From Chiloscyllium plagiosum (lineage: Eukaryota): a stretch of 35,080 nt of DNA. A program made the translations under genes and the position numbers. The stretch covers positions 6,897,474 to 6,932,553 of the forward strand of contig NC_057752.1 in NCBI RefSeq assembly GCF_004010195.1, written 5' to 3'. Numbering within the stretch: the stretch's first letter is position 1; the number at the start of each line of letters is the position of its first letter. Shown here one piece after another: positions 11,315 to 23,455 of this stretch. The notes beneath the pieces were generated by a model. That model saw only the letters and a program-made list of their open reading frames with translations. It was not told where the DNA came from and searched no databases.

Positions 11315-12802
11315 CTAACCACTATTAGGTTTGATTGTAATTTTCACCCGACTCCAGGAATTATTCAAAACACCACGTAAATTCCAGATGGGTGCAACGG
11401 TATCAGGTTGCACGTTGTAGTTGTTGTCCACAGCTTTGCAGATTATCTCCAAGTTCTTCTGGCCCTTTGGCAGAGGCATAGTGAGCTGCCACAGTTTCCA
11501 TGCCCATGCCTGACCGGCATCCTGCTTCTCCCCAGTTAAGTCAGCTACTTTCCAAGTCTTCCCACCATCTAATGAGACATCGACTCGAATCACTTCTTGG
11601 CCACCTCCACTCCATGCATAACCTTTCACCGTGATCTCTTCATTGTCTGCAGAGATATAATCATTATTGCAAGGTGTCGTTATGGCAGACTGGATGGGGA
11701 GTTCTTGGATTGCTGGCGCAGTACTGAAGTCAACAGTATCCCAATCTACAGAGGGAGAAAACCCTTTATAGTCATTCACCTGCCAATGGCTCTGGCTTTC
11801 TTCTTTACTTACAATGATCTTGCTCAACCACTTCACATTGCGTGCTCCAACCACTCCAGGCACAATGACACGCAGGGGAAAGCCGTGATCCCTGGATAGA
11901 TCTTCACCATTCATTTCATATGCAAGTAGCACATCACCATCTTTAGCCAATGCCTTGCGAATGGAAATAGAGGCCCCATAGGGGATCCCGGTCAGGTCTT
12001 TATCAAGTCCCTCAAATTGGACATGCTTGGCATTTGTGTTCTCTGGTAGCCCTGCATACTTAAGGACATCAGAAAGCTTGACCCCTCTCCAGGTAGCATT
12101 ACCAATAGCTGCCATCCCCCAATTCAGTCCCTTTACCTGACGCACAGCATTCATTTCAGAGCGCCGATTCCCTGCACATTGCAATGTAGCAGTTATTGTG
12201 TGCTTTGGAAACTTGGTCTTGAGATCATCAAGAGTTAGTTGGATGGACTTCAGTCCCTCTCCTATAACCTGCAAACGGTACGTTTTTGGATCAACTTCTG
12301 GTACAGGCAAATGATTTCGTTTGAAGAAAATTTCATTTGGGGTAATGTAATTTTCAGACAGGAGTTCTACTGGTGGTTCTGCATTAAATGGCTTTAAGCT
12401 ATTCACCTTCAAAACAGGGTGTCTCAGGGGTTCATTTCCATAAGGATCATCCACATCCATGATTGCCTGCTTTTGATCTTCTGGGCTCAGCTCTCCAATT
12501 CTGTACTCTTCAAGTATGGAGTAAACATGTTCTTGATTGTGGACTGCATACATTGCCCAGAATGGTTCAATGGCACCACCAGCAGCAAGCATGATCTTAT
12601 CCCCTCCGGGATGTAGGTCCACAAACTTTGTAATATCATACACACTAGTTTTATAGGTGACCCATACCCCATCTGCAAGAGATTTATGTTTGGCAACATC
12701 CTGCCTGGTATAGATTGAGTTAGTTGGTTTCACCTCATTGCCCAATGCTGACACAGTTTGGCTGGTCAATTCTGTGGTAGTTTTAGGCTCTGCTTGCTGC
12801 AC
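11315..12802 (-). CDS. SUOX: Sulfite oxidase, last coding exon (cytochrome b5 heme domain, Moco domain, dimerisation domain)
   Basis: 495-codon ORF with b5 motifs ([21 protein letters not shown]), [10 protein letters not shown], the Moco-ligating [35 protein letters not shown] and WNLRGVLNN. It begins at a splice acceptor (tcttctag|GTG CAG, phase 0), so the listed start 'M' is really Val. Stop TAG at 11317-11315. Confidence 0.98.
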   Translation of the reverse strand: MQQAEPKTTTELTSQTVSALGNEVKPTNSIYTRQDVAKHKSLADGVWVTYKTSVYDITKFVDLHPGGDKIMLAAGGAIEPFWAMYAVHNQEHVYSILEEYRIGELSPEDQKQAIMDVDDPYGNEPLRHPVLKVNSLKPFNAEPPVELLSENYITPNEIFFKRNHLPVPEVDPKTYRLQVIGEGLKSIQLTLDDLKTKFPKHTITATLQCAGNRRSEMNAVRQVKGLNWGMAAIGNATWRGVKLSDVLKYAGLPENTNAKHVQFEGLDKDLTGIPYGASISIRKALAKDGDVLLAYEMNGEDLSRDHGFPLRVIVPGVVGARNVKWLSKIIVSKEESQSHWQVNDYKGFSPSVDWDTVDFSTAPAIQELPIQSAITTPCNNDYISADNEEITVKGYAWSGGGQEVIRVDVSLDGGKTWKVADLTGEKQDAGQAWAWKLWQLTMPLPKGQKNLEIICKAVDNNYNVQPDTVAPIWNLRGVLNNSWSRVKITIKPNSG

Positions 12803-13281
12803 CTAGAAGACAAAATAAAAGACTATAAGACTATAGCTCATGGGAAAAGAAAATCCTCAAACTCAGACTTTCGCTCATCAGTTGAAGCTCAGAGGCAGCA
12901 CTGCAACTGATGGATTTGGGCAGAATGAATCAGCTGAAGTTCCCATTCCTGACTGTAGTCCAGATGCTGAAGTGTAAGTTGGGCAAGTACAGCATTATCC
13001 TCAGTTACCATCACCACTGACACTCATGTTCAAGATCTATACTCAAATATTAGCCACTTCGGCAAAGTACTATGATCGCCATGCTCATTGGAATGCACTG
13101 CACATGCCAGAATCCTCAGGAGAAAATGAAGTGTTGAAGTGAGAGTTAGCATCAGCAAAGATCTGTCAAGAGATGGTCTTTAAGGAATAAGATATATAAT
13201 TTAAAAACAAAAATTATTACACGTACTGAGCAAAGCTATTATAAAGCTGTTAATAAAGATGCAATAGATATTCCCTCATAC

Positions 13282-13474
13282 CTGCTGTCTATGCAAGCCA
13301 TAAACTAGGACAGCACCTGTACCCGCCAGGACCCCTACAACCAACTGTCTCCATCCAGTGTTAGAAAATTGGTAGCCCATACTTCTGCCACCGTTGGCAG
13401 CTGTATTCTTCCATCGTGCGAAGCCGCATCCTGAACAGGCCTGCAGAAGTAGTGCAGAGGTCTCTATCCGTACT
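13282..13474 (-). CDS. SUOX: SUOX coding exon 2 (bipartite mitochondrial presequence with hydrophobic segment)
   Basis: Acceptor ctgcttcctttttcag|A (phase 2) and donor CAG|gtatga (phase 0); 193 nt. Encodes VRIETSALLLQAC...GWRQLVVGVLAGTGAVLVYGLHRQQ, resembling the GW...GAVLAY stop-transfer segment of vertebrate SUOX, and joins the last exon in frame. Confidence 0.9.
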
Positions 13475-14529
13475 CTGAAAAAGGAAGCAGGAATGGAAAA
13501 AAGAAAAAGTGCACAGCTTGATACATTCAATTTCAAATTGCAATATGTTCCTATCATCCTGCAGGAGCCAGTATTTAAGACTTACTTAACCAAATTGCAG
13601 GTTCATGCCTCCACACTATTTAACTTGCTGAATGGTAAGCATTACTGAGTGACAAAGCCAAGGTGTCCAGATCTCGAACAATGAGTGCAATGACAACGTT
13701 CAGTTGAGTTCAGTTATCACATCAGGATCAATAATTTCTTGAATGTAGAGTTAAAAAAAATGGGGGGATCATATTGGACATGGTAGCATGGGGATTAATG
13801 TTACTGCACAAATAATCCCGAGGACTGAACTTAATGGTCCAAAGACAGTTTATCAATTAGAGATTAGTCAATCTCTGATTACTTTCTTTTATCATTTAAT
13901 ACCCACATCCCCAATCACATCTCAACCCTGCCTCCCTGGGAAAATGTTATCCCCCAAATTTACTCACCAACTCTAAACCATCTTGCATTTAGCCCTCTAT
14001 TCACCACGTTACTGCAGCCACAATTTATGCAAATGCATTCTTAACTCCTCCTTTGATGTTCAAGTTATCAATAAAACAACTACTTTCTCTTGCCCTGGTC
14101 ATTACCCTGATACGGCCCTCATCTGCATTCCCTTAATTCCAAAGATGACGACTTTTAAAGAACACGTAGGTAATTGGTTTAGCCATCCACAGCCAGATTT
14201 GATCAGACCACTTAAAAACATGGTCAGGTCCTGCTCTCATCCGTGGAAATTGCTCACTGCATTCCAGGCAAAGGTGACACTTTCCTTCATGGTAAGTAAT
14301 TTTCTTAATTCCCTCTTCCTTGTAGCCTTCACCCGCAACTCCAGCAAATGCAGGAAGCTCATGGGCTTCCTTGTCACTAAGATTGAGCGTCTGCCACATC
14401 ATTCCCTTCAACTAGCCCACCTGGTTAAACTTCCTCAAAAGAGTCCCCTAAATTTGAACTTATATCTTACTCTAGTTACATACATACAGATTTGGAGATG
14501 GGTACACCAAGGGGCCCCTCAAGCCTGCT

Positions 14530-16620
14530 CACCATGGAATAAGATCATGACTGATCTGATCACTTCACATTCCCACCTACCTCTGACAACTTTTCACCTT
14601 CTTGCTGAGCAAAACTCTATCCATCCTGCCTTTAAAAATATTTAGATTCTTCTTCAAAAGACAGTGAAAACAAACAGTTCCAAAGACTTGATCAGCGAAA
14701 AAAATTCTCATGCCGAAAATGGCAATTCCTTATTTTGGAACAATGATCTCTAGTTCTAGAATTTCCCACAAAAGGAAACATCCTTTCCACATGCACCCTG
14801 TCAAGACCCCTCAGGATCTTACGTATTTCACTCAAGTTGCTCCTTAGTCTACTGAACAGATGCAGACCGAGCTTGTCCCTACATTCCTTACAAGACAACC
14901 CGCCTATTCCAGGCACTTGTCATAAATATTTTTCGAACTGCTTCCAATGCACATCCACCATCCTTCCTTAAATAAAGGGGACCAATACTGTACACTATTA
15001 CAGATGGGGTCTCACCCTGTATAACTGAAGCATGGTCTTGCAACTTTTGTATTCAATTCCCCTCACAATAAGTGACAACATTCTATAAGCTTTCCTCATA
15101 CTTGCATACTATGTCCTATCCTTCTGTGATTAATGTATTAGGACATTCAGATTCCTCTGCATGACAGAGCTCTGCAATCTCACACCATTTAGATACTGCT
15201 TTTTTAAATTCTTCCTGTCAAAATGGGCTATTTTACATTTTTCCACATTATACTCCATTTGTCACATCGCTGCCCACTTCCTTCGTAGCAATGTGTCATC
15301 ACAATTTATTTTCTTGCCTGTCTTTGTGTCACAAGTGAATTTAGTGACCGTACCCTTAAATCTCTTCACCCAAGTCATTTATATAAACTGTTAAATGTTG
15401 AGGCCCCAGCACTGATCCAGTGGCACACTGGACAAACCAGAAAATGGGCCATTTATGCTTTCTGTTTCCGTCAGCCAGGCAATAGACTATCCATAACAAT
15501 AAGTTCTCCCCAACACCATGAGCTTTTACTTTCCTCATCAATAATTTGATGTGGCACCTTACCAAATGCCTTCTGAAAACTTACGTACATCCACTGGTTC
15601 CCCTTTATCCAAAGCAGACTACTTCCTCAAAAGAACTCTAGTAAATTGGTTAATCATGATTGCAGTTTCAAAAAATCACGTTGTTCTGTCTGATTATCTT
15701 GATTTTTTTTTTAAATGCCCCTCTATAATGTCTCTATAAATAGGGAAAAATCATAGAATTCCTACAGTGTGGGAGCAGGCCATTTGACCCGTTGAGTCCA
15801 CACAGACCCTCTGAAGAACATTCCAATCCCCTACCCTATCCTTGTAAACCTGCATTTTCCCCACAGCTAATCCACCAAACCTACACATCCTTGGCCATTA
15901 CGGGCTATTTCACATGGCCAATCCACCTAACCTTCACATCTTTTGAAACCCATGGTGACACAGGGAGAAAGTGCAAACTCCATACCGTCGCCAGAGGGTG
16001 GAATCGAACCTAGGTCCCTGACGCTGTGAGCAGTGCTAACCACTGAGCCACCACACTATCTGATATGCTGACGCTTACGACAGATGTTAAGCTAACTGGT
16101 ACGTAGTGTACTGCTTTTACTATTCCCAATAAATGAGTTGAATTCATTAGCTAATCATTAGATTTGGAATCTTTCTCAAATCAAGGGAGTCTGGAAAATT
16201 AAAACCAACACAAATCAACTATTTTACTAGCCACTTCTTTCAAATGAAAGACATCAATCAGGATCGAGGACTCGTCAGCCCACAACTCCATCAATTTGCT
16301 CAGTACCACTTCCCTGGTGATTGTAAATTTTCTTAAGTTCCTACCTCCTTTCCATTTCCTGAATTACAGCTATTCCTGGGATGTTACTTATATTTTCTAT
16401 AGTGATGACCAATGCAAAGTTCATCAGCCATCTCCTTACTTTCCATTATTAATTCCCCACACTCAATTTCTACAAGATTAATGCTCACTTAGTTAGTTCT
16501 TTTCTTTTTTAAATCTCTCGACAAACTTATTACTTTTACATTTCTAGTTAGCTTTTTTCTTAAGTTAATAAGGAGGACAAAATTAAAGTAATTCTTTGAT
16601 ATTTGTTTATATTCTGTCCA
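14530..16620 (-). mobile_element. Decayed CR1 LINE, interrupted by a SINE at about 15750-16052
   Basis: GSVLGPQHLTVYINDL, KILRGLDRVHVERMFP and KLLMRKVKAHGV remnants. Confidence 0.75.
15750..16052 (-). mobile_element. HE1/V-SINE-like SINE
   Basis: Minus strand gtggctcagtggttagcactgc, B box GGTTCGATTCC, core ggagtttgcactttctcc. Confidence 0.8.
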
Positions 16621-16629
16621 AACGTCGCT

Positions 16630-17207
16630 GTCGACACTATGGCTTTAAGAAGTGCAATTTGTCTTAAGACCTCCCTTCAAAAAGACAGAGGTATTTATTT
16701 GAAGCCAATAAAGTGAACAGTTTGTGAGGGCGAGAGGTTTTTTTTGTTAAGTTGGAACAATAGAAGCAACATGAATGGGTACAGCAAGGCATCCACAGAA
16801 CCAGGGTTTTCGTTTAGTTTTCAGCAGTTGTTGGGGTTTGAAGTTGGCAGTGGAATCTTTACATTTTTGTCAGACACAGCAAGAACCTGAAATTCTCTCT
16901 GCTGCCAGAATCACTTTTGAGACAATCTATTTTACCAAATTTGCCTTTACCAAGGGGGTGTTGGGAACATTGCTGTTTAGTAGTTAATCTGTTATCCTGT
17001 TAAGTTTCCCAGTAGAGTTAAAAGTTATACCAATTCTTCTTTCTTTGGTTTGTATTAACTCTAGGGTAAGAATAAACTGTGTTTTGCTTAAAGCTAACCA
17101 ATTAAATCATATCAGGAACACAGCGCCTTACACTTGCCTTTAAAGATGATAAAAATTAGGGTCTAAGCTATCTCCTTGATACATTTGGGGGTTTGGTTTG
17201 GTCCGTT
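16630..17207 (+). mobile_element. Possible solo LTR-like insert
   Basis: Starts TGTC, AATAAA near 17070, and sits between LINE fragments. Termini not confirmed. Confidence 0.35.
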
Positions 17208-17214
17208 CCATCTC

Positions 17215-19350
17215 TTTAAATTCTCTACGCAAATTGTAAACAATTGCGGCCCCACTGATCAATAACCAGAAAAAACACAAATTAACACGCTCTCTTTGCT
17301 TTCTGTTAGTTAGAAATATTCTATTCATGCTAATACATTACCTGTAATGTCATGCACCTTTATCTTATGCAGCCTTTTGTGCGGCACCTTCTCGAATGCC
17401 TTTTGGAAATCCAGATACACCACATCCACATCCCTGTTGTCCACTGTGCTTGTAATGCCCTCAAAGAATTCCAGTAAATTAGTTAAATATGACCTGCCTT
17501 TTATGAACCCATGCAGCCCAAAGGGACAATTTATTTATTCTTTATTGATTCACGGGATGCGGGAATTTATTGCTGATCCCTAATTGCCCTGAGGGCAGTT
17601 AAGAGTCAACCATTATGCTGTGGGTCAGGAGTCACATGAATTTCAGACCAGTTAAGGATGGCAGTTTCCTTCCTTAAAAAGGACATTAAATGAACCAGAT
17701 GGGTTTTTCTGTCAATTGACAATTGATTCACGATCATTATTAGATTCCTAACTTCAGATATTAATTGAATTCAAATTCCACCATATGCCTTGGTGGGATT
17801 TGAAACCGGGTCCCCGGACCATTATCTGGGTCTCTGAATTAACAGTCCAGTCATAAATATCACTAGGCCATCACCACTTCCCAATTTCTAACCAAATATT
17901 TCATTTTTTTCCCCTCGATTATAAATTCAAGAATTTTCCCCTCTATAGAAGTTAAGCTAACAGGCCTATAATTACCTGCCTGGTGATCTATCCCCTTTTT
18001 TAAACAGTGAAATCACATTTGCTGTTTTCCCAAACTGCTCGAACTGCCCCAAGTCCAACGAATTTTGGCAAATTACCATGAATGCATTTGCTATTTCCCC
18101 CGCCATCTCTTTCAGTACTCTGGATGCATTTTATCAGAGCCAAGAGACTAGTCTACCTTTAGCCCAACACTACCTCTTTCGTGACCATAGTTTCTAGGTT
18201 CTCATCTGCCATAGCCTCCTTGTCATCAATTATTGGCACGTTATTTGTGTCTTCCACTGTGAAGACCGACACAAAATACCGGTTTAATGCCTCAGCCATT
18301 TCTTCATTTGCCATTATTAAATCTCCCTTCTCATCCTACAGAGGACCAATGTTTACCTTAGCCATTCTTTTTAAAAATTTTACACATTTGTATAAACTTT
18401 TGCTATCTGTTTTTATAATCTGAGTTAGTTCACTCTCATAATCCATCTTACCTTACTTTTTAGCTTTTTGTGGCTCTGTTGACCTTAAGATTTCTCAATC
18501 TTCCAGTTTCCCCACTAATCTTTGTCACTTTATATGCATTAGCTTTCATTTCCTTAGTTATCCACAGCCGGTTTGGTACGTTTTGGTGCAGCCGTTTGGG
18601 CGCCGGAGTTTTGGCATGGCAGTTTAGGCTCCAAACCTATTTTGGCGCCAGCGCATTTGGCGACAGACGTTTTGGCGTTAAGAACATTTCTTTATTTGTA
18701 AATGTACGTTACAGTTTTTAGTGATTAACAGATTTAATGTTTTTAATTTTCAATAAAGTTACAGTTAAGACTTTTTAAAGTTCTACCTTTGAATGATGAT
18801 GAATTAATCAACATTTTTTCCCTAGCGCCAAAACATCCGCCGCCAAATGGGCTAGCGCCAAATCGCCGGTGCCCAATCGTCCCATTCCAATCCACAGCTG
18901 ATTAACCCTTTTCCTACAGTTCTTCCTTTTCACAAAATGTATACTTTTGCTGAGCACTGTGAAAAATCCTTTGAAATTCCTCCACTATCCCACCATATAG
19001 TCTTTGCTCCTAGTCTACTTTAGCCAACTCCTCCCCTCATCCCATTGTAGTTTCCTTTGTTGAAGCACAAGACACTGGTATTGGATTTTACCTTCTTACT
19101 TTCCATTTATATTTTAAATTCAACCATACTGTGATCGCTTCTTCTGAGAGGATCCCTATCTGGGAGATAATTAATTATTCCTGTCTCATTACACAGGATC
19201 AGATCTAGGATAGCTTGCTATCTCAGTTTCATCAGAGTATGCAATGGAACCTATTGCAGATACATTCTATGAACTCGTCAAGGCTGCCTTGACTAACTTG
19301 GTTTCACCAATCAATATGTAGATTAAAATACTCCATGATAATTTCTGTTT
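17215..19350 (-). mobile_element. Decayed CR1 LINE, interrupted by a tRNA-headed repeat (about 17570-17878) and a MITE (18569-18889)
   Basis: Minus strand [19 protein letters not shown] near 17370-17425 and AEALNRYFVSVFTVED near 18260-18300. Confidence 0.75.
18569..18889. mobile_element. Non-autonomous Mutator/foldback-like DNA transposon (MITE) with 9-bp TSD
   Basis: ATCCACAGC at 18560-18568 and 18890-18898; imperfect inverted ends built from TTTGGCG / CGCCAAA subrepeats; AT-rich core. Confidence 0.75.
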
Positions 19351-20706
19351 TGAACTGTCTATTCAAATTTTGCTATTACCTTAACTTTCTCTCACAACAT
19401 CACTGACCAAATGAAGAAAATCCAAAATCTAAAGCTATTTGCACAAATGTACATAACAGAGGTTTCAATCAAGTCACCTCAAAAACAAGCCTCAACTTCT
19501 CTCATCACCCGACATTGCTAAATCCAAATGGATATTGCAAATGTTCCATTGTTTATCTTGCCTACAGTGAGAATAGGCATCCAAACCTGCACACAATATT
19601 CCACCATGGCCCAATTGAACTTTTAGAAGCTCAATATCACTTGCAGATCACAAGGAGCTGCTTAGCGATTGACATCTACAAATAAAACCCCAGATCCAAT
19701 TTGCTATTTCTGACTATATTTACTTGTGATATAACCTTTAAGTACCCATGTATCTCTACATCTGCACCTCTACTTAAAAGTATATTTCCTTAGCTTCCTT
19801 CCGAATATTATTTCGCATTACATGCCACTCTTTTTTAGAACCTTTGTTATCCTTTTCCATGCTCAATCCTCATTTGGCATTAAAAGCAACCTTTCATATT
19901 GTTCCCTCAAGTAACAAGTTCAGATCATTTATATATGCAGTGAACAAATATGATCCTAAAATCTCACTTCAGTCATCCAAAGGATGACAATATTATTTTG
20001 AATTTTAAAAAACCTTCTGTACATATCTCTCAGACTGGCATTTGTAACTCAATAAAATATAAAACACCTGGTTTTACATGTCCTATTCTCCTAATTTCAT
20101 GTCACAGGCAAAGTTTTTAAAACTGTTATATTTACATTGCTGTCTATTTAGTATTATTCATGCTTTCCTGCTATAAAATCTGTATAATCAAAACTACCTC
20201 CCATGCTATTGCAAATATAACTGAACCATTAAATTTAAAATATTTGTTCAATTTATTGTCAAAACTCTGAAAAACTTCTAATGTGTTATTACCTTCAAGG
20301 CCACAGCCTCAAAATGATAGGACACTTCCAGGCATTGATGGATATTTCCTCTTTGGCCAAACTATGTCAAAAATTTATACTTCTATATCTTCTTTCTGAC
20401 TGCCAAAGTACTTCACAATCAATAGCATAAGGAGTGCACTGCCACACCAACACCCCTCCCCTCCCCTCAGCTCTTCCGACAACCACCTTCTACCCCAAGT
20501 GTAATAGTCTGTGCAAAACACATTGGACCGTACAGTCACCTACGGATTCGCCCCAAGAGTGGAAGAGAATCATTATGGTCTGTGAGGGACCACCAATGAA
20601 ATAAATTAAACAAACAATGAAATACTTTTGAAATGTAGTCACTGTTGCATTTGTTATGAATATATAGCTCATGGTTTAAGCTTTAAAATGTAATTTTAGT
20701 TTTAGC

Positions 20707-22088
20707 CAGTGTAGTGTACCTAACTGAGCCAGAAGGCCCAGGTTCAAGTCCCAACTGCTCTAGAGGTGTGCAATAATACCTGAACAGGTTGATTAGAAAA
20801 CATTTGTGCCAAGACAAATAAATAGCCATAAATAACATTGAGTAGGTAATGTTGGTGTAGTGATAATATCACTGTACTAGTAATCCACACACTCCCCAGG
20901 CTAACATTATGGATTCACCATGACAAATGGTGAACTTTTAACTTAGTTACTAAGAGGCACTTGTGGTGCAGAGATAGGTCCCCTGGCTCAGAGATAGAGA
21001 CACTATGTTCAAGCCCCACCACTCCAGAATTGTGTCATAACATCTTTGAACAGCTGGATTAGAATATCCACCAGATGGCTGTTAAGAGCTCTTGTGGTAC
21101 GACCGTAGTATTCCTACTTCTGAGCCAGAAAGGTCCAGGTTCAAGTCCCACTTTCCTGGAGGTGTCAAAACATGTCTGAATAGGTTGATTAAAATAACTA
21201 CCACAGAATCACTGTAATAGGTACGTGAAACCTGACAAGCCAGGTGGCTCCTCAGAATTGGATTGGAATGCTTGCCTGCTAGAGAAGAAATGCTTATCTG
21301 AACTAATTTCATCAGGAATGGAAAAATCTTTGGGCTCTGAGGTATAGTGGTAGTGTCTCTACCTGTGGGCCAGAGGCCAAGGTTCATGTCCTATCTGCTC
21401 CAGAGGTGTGTCATAACACATCTAAACAGATTGATTTGAAGTATCTAGAGGGAAGAGTCTTGTCTGCTAAAGGTTCATGTAGAACAGTGGTAGTGTCCCT
21501 ATCTCTGTGCCTGAAGATCTGGATTCAAGTTTCACCTGGCCCAGAGGTATCATGCCATATCTGAATAGGTGGATTAAAAATAAACTAGAAAGTTAAGGTG
21601 GTATTTGATAGCATTTATGGATGAAACTTCTATTTCTGCAAAAAGGGGCTTTTGTGGTGCAGTTGTCGATCCCCACCTTTGAGCCAGGAGCCCCAGGTTT
21701 AAATCCCACCTGCTTCAGAGGTCTACCATAACATCTCTGAACAAATTTATTAGAAAACCCATCAGCCTAACTTCTATCCTAGGAAGCCAATTTTTGTTTT
21801 AGGGGAGGGAATGGTGCAATTGTAATGTTACTGGGCTGGTAATTCAGAGGCCCAGTTCTTTAGGAGGCTTTTGTGGTGCAGTGGTATTGTGCCTACCTCT
21901 GGGCCAAGAGGTCCAGGTTCAAGCCCCATCTACCCCATGTGTCATAACATCTCTAATAGGTTTGATTAGAAAATATCTACCAGAGGGCTCATGCAGTGCA
22001 GTGATAGTGTCCCTACCTCTGAGCCTGAAGGCCTGGGTTCAGAGATGTGTCATAACACGTCTGAACTGGTTGATTAGGAAATATATAC
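20707..22088 (+). repeat. Cluster of about 8 co-oriented ~120-bp tRNA-derived SINE units
   Basis: Units at about 20707, 20954, 21085, 21332, 21471, 21645, 21864 and 21983, with A box TGGTGCAGTGG-like, B box GGTTCAAGTCC and tail ctgaacaggttgattagaaaa. Confidence 0.85.
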
Positions 22089-22331
22089 CAGGAATAACTC
22101 CTGAGCTATTCTGCAAAAAACTTTCAACATTCTCTTGAAGGGCAGACAGAGGTGTGCATTTTAACTGAAAACAGCACCTCTGACAATGATTCTGCAGTGT
22201 CATCAGAGACAAAGCTCATACTATTTTCCCCAAGAGTATGTGGGGTAAAGCCCTTATTAAAATGAATTATTTTACAACAGCCAAATCAATGCATTACGTG
22301 TAAAATAACCAAACGATGGAATTACCAGTAC

Positions 22332-22387
22332 CTGCTTTGCATTTGCCAGATATTCAAAGCAGATCGTGTACAATGAAGGAATGACAT
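22332..22387 (-). CDS. SUOX: SUOX first coding exon (MSFLHCTRSALNIWQMQS-R); full exon 22395-22332 with 8 nt of 5'UTR
   Basis: Strong acceptor tctcttttttttcag|GTGCAGTG ATG, 56 coding nt, donor CAG|gtactg. Phase 2 matches exon 2 (AG+A = Arg). The short phase-2 first coding exon parallels mammalian SUOX. 56+193+1488 = 1737 nt = 578 aa plus stop. Too short to appear in the ORF track. Confidence 0.8.
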
Positions 22388-22957
22388 CACTGCACCTGAA
22401 AAAAAAGAGAAAAATATATTTTTTTAGATCAGGTTTTAATTATTCTGTATTTCATGTTTCAATCTATCTCCATTGTAACTATCCACCCCCAATGAGATTC
22501 CTTGCTGAAGTCCAACTCCAAAAGCTTGAGTCATGCTCCAATCCTTCATGCAAGAGAAACATCAAAGTTCCACTTGTAAATCACCTTATTCGGGAGTTTA
22601 ATACTTTGATGTAGTAAAGTTTAGAGGCATGGCCTGGATGATTTCAAAGTGAAAAGTATGAAGTTGATTTCTAGGTATGGATGGAAAGAATTGATGGAAG
22701 CAATGTTCAGGCTCAGAAACAGTTATGGAAAACCAGTGGCTCCAGTGACTATTTGAGGAACAAATAGTCAGTGGCTGCATGGTTTGGCCAGTAGAGACTG
22801 AGTTGATTATGAGCCAGAGGCTGACCCGGGGTTCCAGAGGTCACTGTAGTATTAACAGTGCAGATTCAGAATAACAGTGTAGGGTTAGCGAGACCTGTGC
22901 AGCCCAGGTATTCCAAGATAGTGAAGGGCAAATTGACGAAATCTGTGTAGATGAGGG

Positions 22958-23455
22958 AGCTGAGGAAGAACGATCAGTCCTCAGCAGAGGCCTTACCTTC
23001 ATCCCCCCTCTGCTCTTGGATCAATGAATTCGACACATGTTGTGACATTAAACACCTCTTCTGCCACCTCCAGGCTTACTTTTTCCACCAAGACTCCCAC
23101 CCACCTTCTGAGGACCCCTTCTCCCACCTCCAACACACCCCACCCACCTGGACACCCCAAGCCGGTCTGTTACCCACCCTTGATCCCATCGCCACTCCCT
23201 AATCACCCGACACCTGGAGGAAGAACGCGTCATCTTCCACCTTGGGACCCTCCAACTCTACGGCATCAACGTGGATTTCACCAGTTTCCTCATTTCTCCT
23301 CCCCCCACCTTATCCCCAGTTCCAACCTTCCAACTTGGCACTGCCCTCATGACCTGTCCATCTTCCTTCCCAACTATCCGTTCCACCCACCTCTCCGACC
23401 TACCACTATCATCCCCACCTTCACCTACCTATCGCACTCTCAGCTACCTTATCCT
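22958..23455 (+). mobile_element. Internally deleted Penelope-like retroelement
   Basis: ERSVLSRGLTFIPL..INEF..AYFFHQDSHPPSEDPFSHLQ..WTPQAGLLPTLD (N-terminal to RT) joined to RHLEEERVIFHLGTLQLYGINVDFTSF (C-terminus) and a C/T-rich tail. Confidence 0.7.

Noticed and set aside
11597..12699. ORFs overlapping the SUOX last exon
   Set aside because: Alternative-frame or antisense shadows of the real CDS.
13983..14645. 220-aa + strand ORF
   Set aside because: Non-ATG start, no recognisable domain, antisense within a SUOX intron and overlapping a LINE tail.
20290..20340. Alternative SUOX first coding exon (AAG|gtaata)
   Set aside because: The ATG frame hits TGA and the open frame ends in phase 0, incompatible with exon 2.
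20707..22088. Functional tRNA gene cluster or CRISPR-like repeat-spacer array
   Set aside because: No complementary acceptor stem or poly-T terminator; units are long, diverged and SINE-like, with a dispersed copy elsewhere.
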